A stretch of 64,000 bases of DNA, taken from a virus. Under the pieces are notes generated by a model. The model saw nothing but the letters and a program-made list of their open reading frames with translations. It searched no databases and was not told where the DNA came from. Position 1 is the first letter of the stretch; every line of letters begins with the position of its first letter. Below, one piece after another: positions 34,749 to 45,446 of this stretch. A program made the position numbers and the translations under genes. The stretch lies in the IMG/VR virus record IMGVR_UViG_3300045988_067813, positions 1 to 64,000 of that record; one strand, given 5' to 3'.

Positions 34749-37700
34749 CTACCCTTTCTTTTGTACTTTGTAAGAGTTACTTGAAGCAGTAACAGCAGTG
34801 AATGTAGCTTCTACATAACCTTGCTCAACTCCACCTTTAGAGATTGAGATTCTAGCTGGCTCTGTACCTTGCAACTCAGCTAGGCTAAGTGCTTTACGAT
34901 ATTTAACCACTTCATTCTCATTCTCAGGTTCATACACAAGGTATGCTTTCACAGTAGAACCTGTATAGAAGAACTCTACATACACAAACTCATTGATAGA
35001 GTTTCTGTGTGAACCTTGAATCTCATCTCCAGTTGTACCAGAGGTGAATCCAACTTTACCTGCCACAGTAGTTTCTTCACCTCCGAATGGAGATTTAACC
35101 CTAGCTGATACATTACCACTAAGTACAAGCTCTTTAAACTGTACATCAGAAGCATCATAAACTAGGTTAATCACACCTTCACCTTGATTTAGGGCTATAG
35201 CTTTGACAGTCTTATCTAGTTCATATTCAAGCTCTGGTTTATTTTCAAGAGCTTCAACTCTACCTCTAAGAGCACTATCATCATAGGCTACTGATACAGT
35301 ATCGTTGTCTGTGAATGAGACTTCTTTGTTATCACCATTTACCATAGTGTAAGTCAACTTCACAGTATTACCTTCTCTAGATACACCTACGTTAGAGACA
35401 AAGTTATCAGTCTTACCTTCAAGAGCAGTAATCTTGTCACGCAACTCTTTATCATTATAGACTGTATCTTTATCCTCTTTAGTCTCAAGAGCTGTCAATC
35501 TAGCAGTCACAGCAGAGTCATCATAGATTGTATCCTTGTCAGGTTTAGCTTTAAGAGCTTCAACGTCTGTAGTCAAGGTGTTAATCTTGTTCTCATGCTC
35601 ATCTACCATATTGTCAGTAGTAGCAATGCTATCTTTGTTAGCTTGGATAAGTTTCTTAACTTCTGTATCATCATACACAGTATCCTTATCAACCTTAGTC
35701 TCAAGGGCTGTAAGACGTTCCTTAAGTGGAGCATCATCATATACTGTGTCTTTATCTTCTTTAGTTTCTAGGGCATTCAAGCGTTCTTTAATAGGTGCAT
35801 CATTATAGATAGTGTCATTATCTGCTCTATTCTCAAGGTCTTGCACACGAGCTTTAAGGGCTGTATCGTCATAAGCGATTGCCTTAGTATCATTGTCATT
35901 GAACTCAAGATTAGTAGATGAACCATCAATGTTAGTGTAAGTAAGGGTAACTACATTACCTTGTCTTGTCACACTAGCACCAGTCAAGAATGATTTAGTC
36001 TTCTCTTTAAGAGCATTGATTTCTTCATCTTGTGAAGCATTCTTAGCTTTAACCACAGTATCATCATACTTAGGAAGCTCTACAGAGTTACCGTTAGAGA
36101 TAGACAATGTGTGGTCAGTAAGGCTCAATGTTTGTTTATCATTGTCCTCTTTAGCTTCAATAGCTTGGAGACGTGTATCCAAACCTTGAACCTTAGTATC
36201 AGCATCAGCTTTGTTGTCTGTGATAGACTTAGCCAATTCAGCATCTTTAGCTTTAAGAGCTTGGATTTCAGCATCTTGTGCATTATCCTTAATAGCCTGA
36301 GCACTTTCATCAGTAGTCACACGAGTAGTCAAAGCTTCAACTTTACCTTTAAGCTCAGTATCGTCATATACTGTATCTTTATCAGGCTTAGTTTCCAAAG
36401 CAGTAAGACGTTCTTTCACAGCAGTGTCATCATAAGCAAGAGTTACTGTATCAGAATCTTCAAACTCAACCTCTTTATTAGAACCATCAACATAACTATA
36501 AGTCAATTTGACTTTGTTACCTTCTTTGTTCACAGAGACACCAGATACGAAGTTATCTGTTTTAGCTTTGAGTGTGTTGATTTCATTAGTCAACTCTTGG
36601 TCTTTGTTAGCCAATTCTGTGTCTTTAGCCTTAAGCTCTTCCACATCAGCCTTCAAAGCACTGTCATCATATTTAGGAAGGGTAACTGCATTACCTCCAC
36701 TGATTGACAATGTATGGTCATCAAGAGTAAGAGTTTGGTTATCATTATCAACCTTGTTTTCCAAGGCTGTAATCTTACCTTCAAGCTCTGTATTCTTAGC
36801 GTCTTGAGCTTCTTTGTTAGCAGTTACACGACCAGCAAGAGCAGTATCATCATATACAGTATCTTTGTCTGGTTTAACTTCCAAGGCTTGGATTCTGTTT
36901 TCTAACTCTGTATTCTTACCATCTTGTGCTTGTTTATTCCCATCAACCTTAGTATCAAGGGCTGTAATAGAAGCAGTATTAGCTTGAATACCTTGCTTAA
37001 CTTCTGTGTCATTGTAGATAGTATCTTTATCTTCCTTATCTTCTAAGGCTTTGATACGAGTCTTCAATGGTTCATCATCATAGGCAAGGGTAACAGTATC
37101 ACTGTCCTCAAACTCTACTTCACTAGAAGAACCGTCCACACGAGAGTAAGTCAGTTTGACTTTACCAGCTTCCTTAGACACAGTAACATTATTGATAAAG
37201 TTGTCTGTTCTATTCTCAAGGGCTGTAATCTTCTCATCTTGTGCTGTATTCTTAGCTTCAATCTCAGTAAGTTTGTTCTCAACTACTGGTTTAGCTTCTT
37301 CAAGAACATTCACACGAGCTGTAAGAGCAGTGTTTTTAGCATCAGCATCAGCTTTAGCTGTACCAAGTACCAAGGTAAGGGCATCAGCTTTAGAGTCTAC
37401 ATAGTTTTTAACTTGCTCTGTGTAGTCCATAGCTTGATTCAGACCATCACCTAAGTGATTGATAGCATCTTTCACAGCAGTGTCATCATACTGTGGTAGG
37501 TCAACTTCATTACCATTAGAGATAGACAATTTATGTCCATCAATAGCCAATGTCTGTTTGTCTGAGTCTTCCTTAGATTCCAAAGCCTTAACTCTTGTGT
37601 CAAGTCCTTGTGCTTTATGGTCAATCAAGTCAACTGTTTTACCAAGAGTTTCACCCAATGTTTCAAGAGCAGTTTCTACTTCTGCATCTTTCTTCTTAAG

Positions 37701-38621
37701 GGCTTCAATCTCAGCATCTTGTGAACCATCTTTCTCAGCTTGTGCTTTGGCTTTATCCTCAGCATCTTTAGCCAATTTATCAGTTCTATTTTCAATCTCA
37801 GTCACAGCATTGGTAATGTCTCCTACCTCTGTGTGGATTGCTTTAACTTCTTCCTCAAGACCACCATCTAAGAGTTTGAGTTGGTCATTGATTTCATTGA
37901 TTGAGTTATCTAGTTCACTAGTCAACTCTTTCATGTCTTGAGAGTCTTTTTGTAAGTCTGCAATAGCCTTACCATGCTCTTCATCTAAGTGTTGCACAGA
38001 CTCATTCAAGTCTTTCACAGACTCTCCTAAGTCATCTAAAGCACCATCTTGACGTTCATTGTCTTTCTTAAGCTCAAGGACTTTAGCATCAATAAGGTCT
38101 ACTGTTTTCTCAATAGTCTTACCTACAGCTTCAAGAGCATCATCTAATTGGTCATCATGAGCTTTAAGAGCTTCTAACTTAGTATCTTGCTCAGAGTCCT
38201 TAGCTTCAATAGCTGAGAGTTTAGCTTCATGCACAGCATCTTTAGCTTCCAAGGCAGATACTTTAGTATCCAACTCTTTATCTTTAGCTGTCAATGAATC
38301 CAATACTGCTTGGAATGAAGGAGAAGTAGTCACAGTGAACGTTACGTCACCATTCTCATTATGTACTTCTTTCTTCACAGTGATTAGACCTTCACCTACT
38401 ACATCAATTACTTGCGGAGACAAGTCAATGGCATCATAACCACTTCTGTCAGGACGTAGTACATAAGCACGTTTGTCTTGACCTGCATTGTCTTTAGGCA
38501 CAAGGTAAATGAAATTAAGTTCAGCGGTCTCTTTTGGAGGAAGCTCACTTACAATCTTAACGATTGGGTCTTTCTTAAGAAGCTCTAGCAAGCAACCTAA
38601 ACCAACTTTAACTTTTGTCAT
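34749..38621 (-). CDS. Giant repeat-rich coiled-coil tail fibre / antireceptor (1290 aa)
   Basis: The N-terminal anchor (aa 1-100) resembles the N-terminal region of 29084-30715. Aa 105-1130 are built from reiterated modules. A unique C-terminal domain of about 160 aa follows. Confidence 0.85.
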   Translation of the reverse strand: MTKVKVGLGCLLELLKKDPIVKIVSELPPKETAELNFIYLVPKDNAGQDKRAYVLRPDRSGYDAIDLSPQVIDVVGEGLITVKKEVHNENGDVTFTVTTSPSFQAVLDSLTAKDKELDTKVSALEAKDAVHEAKLSAIEAKDSEQDTKLEALKAHDDQLDDALEAVGKTIEKTVDLIDAKVLELKKDNERQDGALDDLGESVKDLNESVQHLDEEHGKAIADLQKDSQDMKELTSELDNSINEINDQLKLLDGGLEEEVKAIHTEVGDITNAVTEIENRTDKLAKDAEDKAKAQAEKDGSQDAEIEALKKKDAEVETALETLGETLGKTVDLIDHKAQGLDTRVKALESKEDSDKQTLAIDGHKLSISNGNEVDLPQYDDTAVKDAINHLGDGLNQAMDYTEQVKNYVDSKADALTLVLGTAKADADAKNTALTARVNVLEEAKPVVENKLTEIEAKNTAQDEKITALENRTDNFINNVTVSKEAGKVKLTYSRVDGSSSEVEFEDSDTVTLAYDDEPLKTRIKALEDKEDKDTIYNDTEVKQGIQANTASITALDTKVDGNKQAQDGKNTELENRIQALEVKPDKDTVYDDTALAGRVTANKEAQDAKNTELEGKITALENKVDNDNQTLTLDDHTLSISGGNAVTLPKYDDSALKADVEELKAKDTELANKDQELTNEINTLKAKTDNFVSGVSVNKEGNKVKLTYSYVDGSNKEVEFEDSDTVTLAYDDTAVKERLTALETKPDKDTVYDDTELKGKVEALTTRVTTDESAQAIKDNAQDAEIQALKAKDAELAKSITDNKADADTKVQGLDTRLQAIEAKEDNDKQTLSLTDHTLSISNGNSVELPKYDDTVVKAKNASQDEEINALKEKTKSFLTGASVTRQGNVVTLTYTNIDGSSTNLEFNDNDTKAIAYDDTALKARVQDLENRADNDTIYNDAPIKERLNALETKEDKDTVYDDAPLKERLTALETKVDKDTVYDDTEVKKLIQANKDSIATTDNMVDEHENKINTLTTDVEALKAKPDKDTIYDDSAVTARLTALETKEDKDTVYNDKELRDKITALEGKTDNFVSNVGVSREGNTVKLTYTMVNGDNKEVSFTDNDTVSVAYDDSALRGRVEALENKPELEYELDKTVKAIALNQGEGVINLVYDASDVQFKELVLSGNVSARVKSPFGGEETTVAGKVGFTSGTTGDEIQGSHRNSINEFVYVEFFYTGSTVKAYLVYEPENENEVVKYRKALSLAELQGTEPARISISKGGVEQGYVEATFTAVTASSNSYKVQKKG
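35232..38309 (-). repeat. Intragenic modular repeats of the 1290-aa fibre gene
   Basis: By eye: 3x [D(K/N)QTL..D.H.LSISNGN.V.LP.YDD], 4x [TDNF...V.V.(K/R)EGN.VKLTY..V.G...EVEF.D.DTV.(L/V)AYDD..L], about 10x [ALE.K.DKDT(V/I)Y(D/N)D]. Confidence 0.8.
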
Positions 38622-39586
38622 TTAGTTTCTCCTTTTTGGATTTTAATAATTCCATCTTTGTCCGTTGTGAATGTTCCATTAGTGTTCATCACACCCTCAT
38701 TATCCACAAAATACCAACCATCTCTACCCTTCACAAAGGTGTTTGTTTGCATATCGCCATTAGCTGGGTCAAGGTAGTACCACTTATCTTTGTCTTTCAA
38801 CCAACCAGTCTTCATAGCACCTTCTTCTTTGAAATAATACCACTTACTAGCAATATTCTTCCAACCAGTTACCATTTCACCAGAGCTGTTAAACCAATAC
38901 CAATAACCATCAGTGTGTTTTAACCAACGATTAGAGTACATATATCCACTACCATCAAAGTAGTACCATGTACCATCAATTTTCTTGAATTGATTCTTAG
39001 GATAAGTGCCATCAGCATATTCATACCAATAACCTGTGGTATTCTTTTTCCAACCCTCAGTACCACCAATACCATTCTCAATGTCTTTCTTGAATTGAGC
39101 TTTTGAAATTCCCCAACTCTCTAGGTAAGGGTAAGGGTCAACGTGGTCTGAATGGTTATCAGGTTGGTTATAAGTACAGTAGTAATGAGTTTTAATACCA
39201 GCTAAGTCATCAGTATCTAATGTTACTGGGATTCCACCTTCTACTGCAAGTTCACGAAGAAGTGTTACATATAGTCTATAGTCAATATCAAATTCTTCTT
39301 GTGTTTTGTGACTCTCAATCAATTCCACAGAAGCGTAGGATTCAGCATTCCAACCTCCTCCAACGTCATAGCTTCCACGGTTAGTTTGAGCTGTTTGTAG
39401 CACTCTACCATTCCCTACAACGTGTGTAAAGAATCCTGAATCAATAGGTCTTCTTAGGTGGTAATCTGCTTCATTATCTACAGTGGAGTTTTTATTCCCT
39501 GTAGAGTGTGCATGAACTTGTCTATAAGGTGTAACTCCTACTTGTGGAGTATCCCACCTAATCTTGTGTTTTTCAATCGTTACCAC
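38618..39586 (-). CDS. LytA-like N-acetylmuramoyl-L-alanine amidase (Amidase_2) with choline-binding repeats (endolysin)
   Basis: [63 protein letters not shown]. Then six GW/YYF repeats ([38 protein letters not shown]...). GTG start 39586 follows SD AAGGAG. Confidence 0.9.
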   Translation of the reverse strand: MVTIEKHKIRWDTPQVGVTPYRQVHAHSTGNKNSTVDNEADYHLRRPIDSGFFTHVVGNGRVLQTAQTNRGSYDVGGGWNAESYASVELIESHKTQEEFDIDYRLYVTLLRELAVEGGIPVTLDTDDLAGIKTHYYCTYNQPDNHSDHVDPYPYLESWGISKAQFKKDIENGIGGTEGWKKNTTGYWYEYADGTYPKNQFKKIDGTWYYFDGSGYMYSNRWLKHTDGYWYWFNSSGEMVTGWKNIASKWYYFKEEGAMKTGWLKDKDKWYYLDPANGDMQTNTFVKGRDGWYFVDNEGVMNTNGTFTTDKDGIIKIQKGETK

Positions 39587-39914
39587 TAGATTTCTCCTTA
39601 TTAAATAGTTCTTCTAGTTTACTATCCAATCCATGAATATAGTGATTACCTTGTAAGTTATCAAAGTATTCCTTCACAAGAGGTCTAGTCATTTCCCATT
39701 TCTCTTTTGCTGTGAACTCTGTTGAGTTATAAATCTGCAAGTATTCTGAGCGTAGGCTAGAGCGTTTAGCTCCCTTAGTAATTTCAATGAGCTGTTCTCT
39801 CTTACGATTTAAAAAGAATACTCCAAAACTACAAGCAGTCGTAATTAATAGAGTTAAACCTGTAACTACTGTTTGGTCTTCTAGGAGCTTTAATACAATA
39901 CTATTATTACCCAT
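39573..39914 (-). CDS. Single-TM membrane protein (holin-like/lysis regulator candidate)
   Basis: ATG 39914 follows SD AGGTGG. TM helix [20 protein letters not shown], then a charged C-terminal domain. Sits directly upstream of the amidase. Confidence 0.4.
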   Translation of the reverse strand: MGNNSIVLKLLEDQTVVTGLTLLITTACSFGVFFLNRKREQLIEITKGAKRSSLRSEYLQIYNSTEFTAKEKWEMTRPLVKEYFDNLQGNHYIHGLDSKLEELFNKEKSSGND

Positions 39915-40236
39915 ATAGACCACCTGTTTCTATTTCTAGGATTGGGTCTTCTCCACCTTCTGCAAGTTTCTCAAGGTCTTTAAGGATTTCCTCTTTACCT
40001 TTACCCACACAAGGCATCTCAATAACCTTTTCTTCTGGAGTAGGTGTTGGTGTAGGAGTTACTCCACTACCGTTACCTTTTCCATTGTCAAGGCTACAGT
40101 CAAAGTCAATTTGTATTCCATCACACTGACCATCTAATTGCTCACAAGTTGCTTTAGGAATCTGTGAATAACGTTTAGACCAGTCAATGTATGAAATACC
40201 ACAGAGTTTATCTGCTTCATCTAATACATAGACCAT
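39907..40236 (-). CDS. Hypothetical Cys-containing protein with TPTPTPTP linker (109 aa)
   Basis: ORF with SD GAGGT. ATCEQLDGQCDGIQIDFDC cluster. Confidence 0.6.
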   Translation of the reverse strand: MVYVLDEADKLCGISYIDWSKRYSQIPKATCEQLDGQCDGIQIDFDCSLDNGKGNGSGVTPTPTPTPEEKVIEMPCVGKGKEEILKDLEKLAEGGEDPILEIETGGLYG

Positions 40237-40238
40237 GT

Positions 40239-41306
40239 TTACCTCACATAAACGTCAAAAGACGTTTTATCATTAGTTGTATATACTTTACCCTTAAATC
40301 CGAAGGGTGTGTTGTAAGTTCTGCCTATAATATCACCATAAGTCTTAGGAGCTGACATGATTATATTACCATCACCATCAGACAAGAATCCATAGGCATT
40401 GAATCCCTTACCAGGAACTTGTACATTCTCAGGGAAAGAGCTTCCTGCTGAGTAAGTCCATTCATAGTTGGCTTCTTTTATACGACCTAGTGAAACAAAC
40501 TGTGCTAGGGAATAGATTTTCTGTGTACCAGATTGGTCTATCCCATCAGTAGTTTTGTCTGTAAACCAGTCATAACCATTAGGTGTTTCATATTTCTTCT
40601 TCTCTTCCTTCTTAGTGGTAGAGTAGTCATCTAGCTTCTTCACACAAGAGATAGGTATATAAGCCACAGAGCCATCATACTTATCATAGATAAGCCATTC
40701 ACCATTTATCTTACCTGTGACCTTGTTACACTTATAGAATGTTTCTATCACAGTGCTGTCTCCAGGAGATTTAATTCCCTCAACTTTATCACAAGTAATC
40801 TCAAAGAAGTCTCTAGCAATAAACTTGTCAGTCTCTTTGGCATTACCTATTTTAGCACCATTGGCATCAGTAGGCTCATAGTTGTCTTGAGATTTGATAC
40901 GAACTATTCTGAGGATTTCATTACCATAACCATATATAGCTCTTCTATGCTCCACAGTACAAGCCTTTTGGTAATGTTGCTCTATAATTAAGGCATTTGA
41001 TAAGTCTCCCCCACCATACACAAAGACGTGACCATAGCCACCATCTCCAGGCTCTTTATTAGTAGAGATTATATCTCCTACTTTAAGCTCCATACCTTCT
41101 GTATAAGGGATAACATCAGCAAAATCAGATATACCTTCTCCAGTACCAATTTCATTACCATTACCCCACAGTTCAAACCCAAACTGCTTTGATACATAAA
41201 GGGCTAAGTCCACACACTGATAAGGAGTGTCTGCATCAGCAGGTCCACCATCATAATCAAGACATTGACCTACATATTGTTGGGCTATCTTATAAGCATT
41301 TGTCAT
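40239..41306 (-). CDS. CHAP-domain peptidoglycan hydrolase with C-terminal extension
   Basis: Catalytic-type motifs PYQCVDLALYV (Cys) and YGHVFVYGG (His). Confidence 0.75.
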   Translation of the reverse strand: MTNAYKIAQQYVGQCLDYDGGPADADTPYQCVDLALYVSKQFGFELWGNGNEIGTGEGISDFADVIPYTEGMELKVGDIISTNKEPGDGGYGHVFVYGGGDLSNALIIEQHYQKACTVEHRRAIYGYGNEILRIVRIKSQDNYEPTDANGAKIGNAKETDKFIARDFFEITCDKVEGIKSPGDSTVIETFYKCNKVTGKINGEWLIYDKYDGSVAYIPISCVKKLDDYSTTKKEEKKKYETPNGYDWFTDKTTDGIDQSGTQKIYSLAQFVSLGRIKEANYEWTYSAGSSFPENVQVPGKGFNAYGFLSDGDGNIIMSAPKTYGDIIGRTYNTPFGFKGKVYTTNDKTSFDVYVR

Positions 41307-41317
41307 AATAATTATAC

Positions 41318-41602
41318 CTAAAATTCATCATCTAGTAAACTCAAACACAAGTGAGTAAGGTGTGTAAAATCATAGCTAAATTCCTCTTTATCAAGCTGAA
41401 TTATGTTAGATTTTCTAAAGCAGATAACCTCTTTATCCTCAATCCTTAATGAGAAATCATCAGAGTGAATGAACTCACGAGCACCACCAGCATCATTACT
41501 ATAAATAAGCTGTCTCACAAACTGTTCTACAATGTCTTCTGCAAGGATTCTATTTCTCATTCTATGAACAAGGTCTTTTCTAATCTTCTTATTCTTGGGC
41601 AT
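41318..41602 (-). CDS. Hypothetical protein (94 aa)
   Basis: ORF in the late operon, overlapping the upstream gene. Confidence 0.55.
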   Translation of the reverse strand: MPKNKKIRKDLVHRMRNRILAEDIVEQFVRQLIYSNDAGGAREFIHSDDFSLRIEDKEVICFRKSNIIQLDKEEFSYDFTHLTHLCLSLLDDEF

Positions 41603-41795
41603 CTACTTCCATCTCCTTCAATACTTGTTTCAGTTTATACTCTAACCAATATATTTCACCCTTTAGCTTTTCATTAGCTATCACAGATTGATAGTCTGTA
41701 GGGTGTTGTGCTAGGTGTCCTTCTAGCTTGTATTGTTTAGTCTCTCTGTGAACCTTTCTTAGCAAGGTGTTCTTATATGTACCATATAGGCTCAT
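41589..41795 (-). CDS. Hypothetical protein (68 aa)
   Basis: SD TAGGAGGAAC before the ATG. Confidence 0.6.
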   Translation of the reverse strand: MSLYGTYKNTLLRKVHRETKQYKLEGHLAQHPTDYQSVIANEKLKGEIYWLEYKLKQVLKEMEVDAQE

Positions 41796-41803
41796 AGTTC
41801 CTC

Positions 41804-43057
41804 CTAGTTAATATGACTATATTTTAAGAAGTTTCTAAGGGTAATCTTAGCTTCACCTAGTGCATACACAGTGAATACCTTCTCACCAGCACTGAACAAA
41901 GCACTACGCTGTGAATCATTTAGATACCATGCAGAATACATTAAGTCATAGCCTTCTAGTGGTTTGTTATTAGGGAAAATACCCTCTCCACTAGCATCAT
42001 CACCAATCCAATTACAACCCCACTGTCTTCTAAAGATTTCAGTAAGGTCAATCTCAGCAGTCTCTCCTGTATGCTCATTCTTAGCTGACACAGTTAAGTG
42101 AACGTCTGCAATAGGATTTACTTTTCCTCCATCACAGCCACTCTTATTCTGCTCAACAATGAACTTTAAGAACCATCTTTGGAATCTATCCAAGTCTGAT
42201 GGAACTAACACACGGAAGGAAGCTGATGATTGGTCTTTGTTAATTGGTACTACATCTTCTGGGTCTGGTTTATCATTGTCTGTGTTTCCACTACCATCAC
42301 CCTCTAAAACATTCTTAATGAACTCATAGTGCTTCTTAGCAAACTCCACACGTTCTGCTGGTTTGTTGCCCTCTTGTCTTCCCCAATCTCGTAAGAATCT
42401 TAGAGTAAGCTCTTCAATGTCTCCATCACTAGAAGCTACCTCTTTTACAACGTTAGCTAGACCTTCTTCTGACAACATGAACTTAATCTGTGTACCAAAT
42501 GAGAAAATACTTCTACGCTTGTCCTTCTTAGCAAAGTCATATAAGGCTTTAGTTCTCACACCAGTCCATTGACCTAAACCAATACCAATCCAGTGCTTAC
42601 CATCTACTAGATAACCACTCTCATCAAGGGTTAGGTTTTTATATAAACTAGCAAAAGCTCCCCATGAGCCTAATAGTTTTTCTGCTGTGGGTTCATCTTC
42701 CATCAGCCCATACTTGTTATCTGTTAAATAGTCATTCTCATAATGTTTAGCCTTAACTTCACTCTCAAGACCAAAGAATCCTACAATAGCAGAAGCTCCC
42801 TCTGGTTTAGTTCCAGGGATTTCTTTCTTAAGTGCTTTAACTAGTTTCTTGATACGTCCTTGAACATCTTTATCTTCACCATCATCATCTACTTCCTCCT
42901 TACCATAAGGAGCACAAGCCTTTGCAGTGTGGAATGATGATACATAGTCAAGGGCATAGAGGTCAGTTACACCTCCACGTCTTTGTTTTGATTGCTGAAT
43001 AACCCTAGCCTTAGTTCTAGCCACAGAGTTTACTAGCTTTACATAACTGTTTGACAT
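41804..43057 (-). CDS. Virion-associated tail lysozyme-domain protein
   Basis: HWIGIGLGQWTGVRTKALYDFAKK matches the GIG.(A/G)QWT..R signature of the phage tail lysozyme domain. SD TAGGAGGG. Confidence 0.6.
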   Translation of the reverse strand: MSNSYVKLVNSVARTKARVIQQSKQRRGGVTDLYALDYVSSFHTAKACAPYGKEEVDDDGEDKDVQGRIKKLVKALKKEIPGTKPEGASAIVGFFGLESEVKAKHYENDYLTDNKYGLMEDEPTAEKLLGSWGAFASLYKNLTLDESGYLVDGKHWIGIGLGQWTGVRTKALYDFAKKDKRRSIFSFGTQIKFMLSEEGLANVVKEVASSDGDIEELTLRFLRDWGRQEGNKPAERVEFAKKHYEFIKNVLEGDGSGNTDNDKPDPEDVVPINKDQSSASFRVLVPSDLDRFQRWFLKFIVEQNKSGCDGGKVNPIADVHLTVSAKNEHTGETAEIDLTEIFRRQWGCNWIGDDASGEGIFPNNKPLEGYDLMYSAWYLNDSQRSALFSAGEKVFTVYALGEAKITLRNFLKYSHIN

Positions 43058-43065
43058 ATTCCCTC

Positions 43066-44343
43066 CTACTGGTTCACAGTAATATCTCTATCACTGTACA
43101 AGAACTTGGATAGTTTTAGCTTTTGTAAGTGTGTATTGCCTACATCATACTCATCAGTAATATGAGTAACATAGAACCAATCACTTTGCTTAAGAATCTT
43201 CTCATAATACTTGGTACAAGCAGTCAATTCCCACACACCAGCATTAAGAGTAAACATTACCCTATCACCTACACCTAGAGTTCTAGGCTCTAAAGGCTCT
43301 ATTGTAATGTCATAGGTAACTTTACGTCTAGAGTTAATTAAACGTCTTATAGCTGTCCTATAGAGCTGTTCTGTGGCTCTAAGCCTATCTGAATCTGTAA
43401 TCTCTCTATTGTCATCAGCAATGGATTGTGTGTCATTATCAGTCACAGTACCCCAATAAAGCTCTCCAGCTTCTAAAGCAATACCTTCTTCGTCCATTAC
43501 AGCAAACTCATCACCAATAATTTCAGGAGCAAACACAGGAAGCTGTGGGTAATCATAGTAGCGCTGAGAGTTTACTTTATTACCTGTCTTAATTACAGGG
43601 AAACCTTTTAACATGAACTTAGGGTTATGGAAAATATCTCTAAGAGTAAGGGAACTAGCTCCACTATCAGATTTATCTGACATGGCTACAGCTATATTCA
43701 CAGTATCTTCATAGTTTTCCTCTACCTCATTTAAAGCAATCAGCTTTGTGTGTTCATTGATTAGTACATCTCTCTTATGACCAAAGATACCAAACTGAAT
43801 TAGATAAGGGTCTTGTCTACTAACTCTCCAATAGAGAGCTGTAGTCTTCTCACACACCTTAGTTAAGAACTCTAGGAAAGTCTCATTAGAAAACTCATAC
43901 TCAATCAAGTTCTTCTCAGCATAGTCATCTAGGTACTCAATCTTGAAATCATTTAGTAGGTCATCTTTGTGTTGTTCACCCTTCCAATAACCCATAGCTT
44001 GTTCCACAGCAGATACCACAGACCTAGCTTTTACTGTTACGTTTGTAGGAAGAGTTCTTTTACCTAATCTACCAATTATATGAGAGGTATCTACATTCAC
44101 AGTCATATTAGTAAAGTCATTTACCTTATTACCTACATAACCTCTATATTCCCAATCATCAGTCTTAATAATGATATGAGTGTTACCATTCATCATCTTA
44201 CCATATCTGATAGGAAGTGTGAGCTTAATAGAAGGAACTTCCATAAGGGAGAACTCTACTGAGATTCCCCCTAAGAAGTCATCTTTGGCTATAATTGCTG
44301 AACCTAGTCCAGAGCTTACTGAATTTTCAATATAACCAATCAT
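43066..44343 (-). CDS. Tail-associated (Tal/baseplate hub-like) protein
   Basis: Second gene after the tape measure. Assigned by size and synteny only. Confidence 0.45.
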   Translation of the reverse strand: MIGYIENSVSSGLGSAIIAKDDFLGGISVEFSLMEVPSIKLTLPIRYGKMMNGNTHIIIKTDDWEYRGYVGNKVNDFTNMTVNVDTSHIIGRLGKRTLPTNVTVKARSVVSAVEQAMGYWKGEQHKDDLLNDFKIEYLDDYAEKNLIEYEFSNETFLEFLTKVCEKTTALYWRVSRQDPYLIQFGIFGHKRDVLINEHTKLIALNEVEENYEDTVNIAVAMSDKSDSGASSLTLRDIFHNPKFMLKGFPVIKTGNKVNSQRYYDYPQLPVFAPEIIGDEFAVMDEEGIALEAGELYWGTVTDNDTQSIADDNREITDSDRLRATEQLYRTAIRRLINSRRKVTYDITIEPLEPRTLGVGDRVMFTLNAGVWELTACTKYYEKILKQSDWFYVTHITDEYDVGNTHLQKLKLSKFLYSDRDITVNQ

Positions 44344-45446
44344 ACTGTTACACCCTCATAATCAATAAAGATACAAGCATTTTCACTTTCTACACCACTA
44401 ACTGACACTGTATTGACTCCCTTCTTGATATAAGGTGTTTCAGCACAGAGAGTAAGTACAGAGAGGGAAACTTCTTTATAGCTGAACTCTATACATTCCC
44501 AAGACTTAGCATATCTGATTTCTCCTTTATAATTAGCTGTAAGAACTCCATTGTACTCACCACTAATCTTGAAGTCAACATCATTTATTCTAACCACAGG
44601 GTCTTTAAACTGACCATCTAAGGCAAAGCTCCACTTATGACTGTCTAGCACAGTATCAGAGATAAAGCTACCATTCAAGACCTCATGCACACAGTTATCA
44701 CAGATTGCATGTTTATAGAAGTCCTTAAGGGATTGATTGCATTTACCTTTTGAGCAGTTATAGACTATTCTCCATTTAGAGTTACACTCTTCAAAGAAGT
44801 CATTCATGAACTCTACATTGGCTTGTGCTGTACACAGGTCAATCATATCGTCCATATCCCTACAGTCTTGCTCACAGCACTCACAGATATTATTACAATT
44901 AGGTAGACCATTACAGCAATGTCTTGACTTGGCTACACAACTAGCTTTCATATCTAGGAAGTCACAGTTATCAAAAGGTTCAAGGAAGGTCTTGGCTTCA
45001 TCAGCCTTATACCACACACCATCAGGGTTATCAAACTCAACTTTAAACACAAGGTAGTCATCATCAGTGATTATCCACTCTTTTTTAGGCTGAATACTTG
45101 TAACATAGGCATTACACCACACGAGTTGTAGCCCTGTGTTCACAGCCCATAGCTTTCCAGGAGTGAAGAGCTGTTCAATGATAAAGTCATAGTGTGCTTG
45201 TATATGTTCCTCTGACCAATTATGAGTTCTTAATGCAATTTTAAGTGAGATAGAGTTACTATCTACTAATGATTTAGACCCAATATTTCCAACATAAGAC
45301 CCATTGGTAAAAGTGCGTGAGGTTTTACTCTCACGCAAGCTAATACTCTCTGTCTGTTCATCAATAGATTTTCTACCAAGGAACACTAGGTCATTGAATT
45401 GGATATATCGTTTGGGCTTTGAGAAATTTTCATCACACGCAAACAT
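44340..45446 (-). CDS. Distal tail protein (Dit)-like, with Cys-rich insertion
   Basis: Immediately follows the TMP (TAATG overlap). Central cluster CVAKSRHCCNGLPNCNNICECCEQDCRD. Confidence 0.5.
   Translation of the reverse strand: MFACDENFSKPKRYIQFNDLVFLGRKSIDEQTESISLRESKTSRTFTNGSYVGNIGSKSLVDSNSISLKIALRTHNWSEEHIQAHYDFIIEQLFTPGKLWAVNTGLQLVWCNAYVTSIQPKKEWIITDDDYLVFKVEFDNPDGVWYKADEAKTFLEPFDNCDFLDMKASCVAKSRHCCNGLPNCNNICECCEQDCRDMDDMIDLCTAQANVEFMNDFFEECNSKWRIVYNCSKGKCNQSLKDFYKHAICDNCVHEVLNGSFISDTVLDSHKWSFALDGQFKDPVVRINDVDFKISGEYNGVLTANYKGEIRYAKSWECIEFSYKEVSLSVLTLCAETPYIKKGVNTVSVSGVESENACIFIDYEGVTV

Noticed and set aside
34976-37941. Numerous plus-strand ORFs (e.g. 35536-35808, 36111-36707, 36508-36807, 37156-37404, 37459-37941) and same-strand shifted ORFs inside the 1290-aa fibre gene
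   Set aside because: They are shadow frames of a repetitive, compositionally biased gene. Their translations are low-complexity (S/L/F/V-rich), they have no SD, and they are wholly nested in a gene with clear modular protein-level conservation.
25745-38621. Diversity-generating retroelement or phase-variable shufflon acting on the fibre repeats
   Set aside because: No reverse transcriptase, template-repeat/variable-repeat pair with A-specific differences, invertase or recombinase gene is visible in the window. The repeats are better explained as modular duplications.
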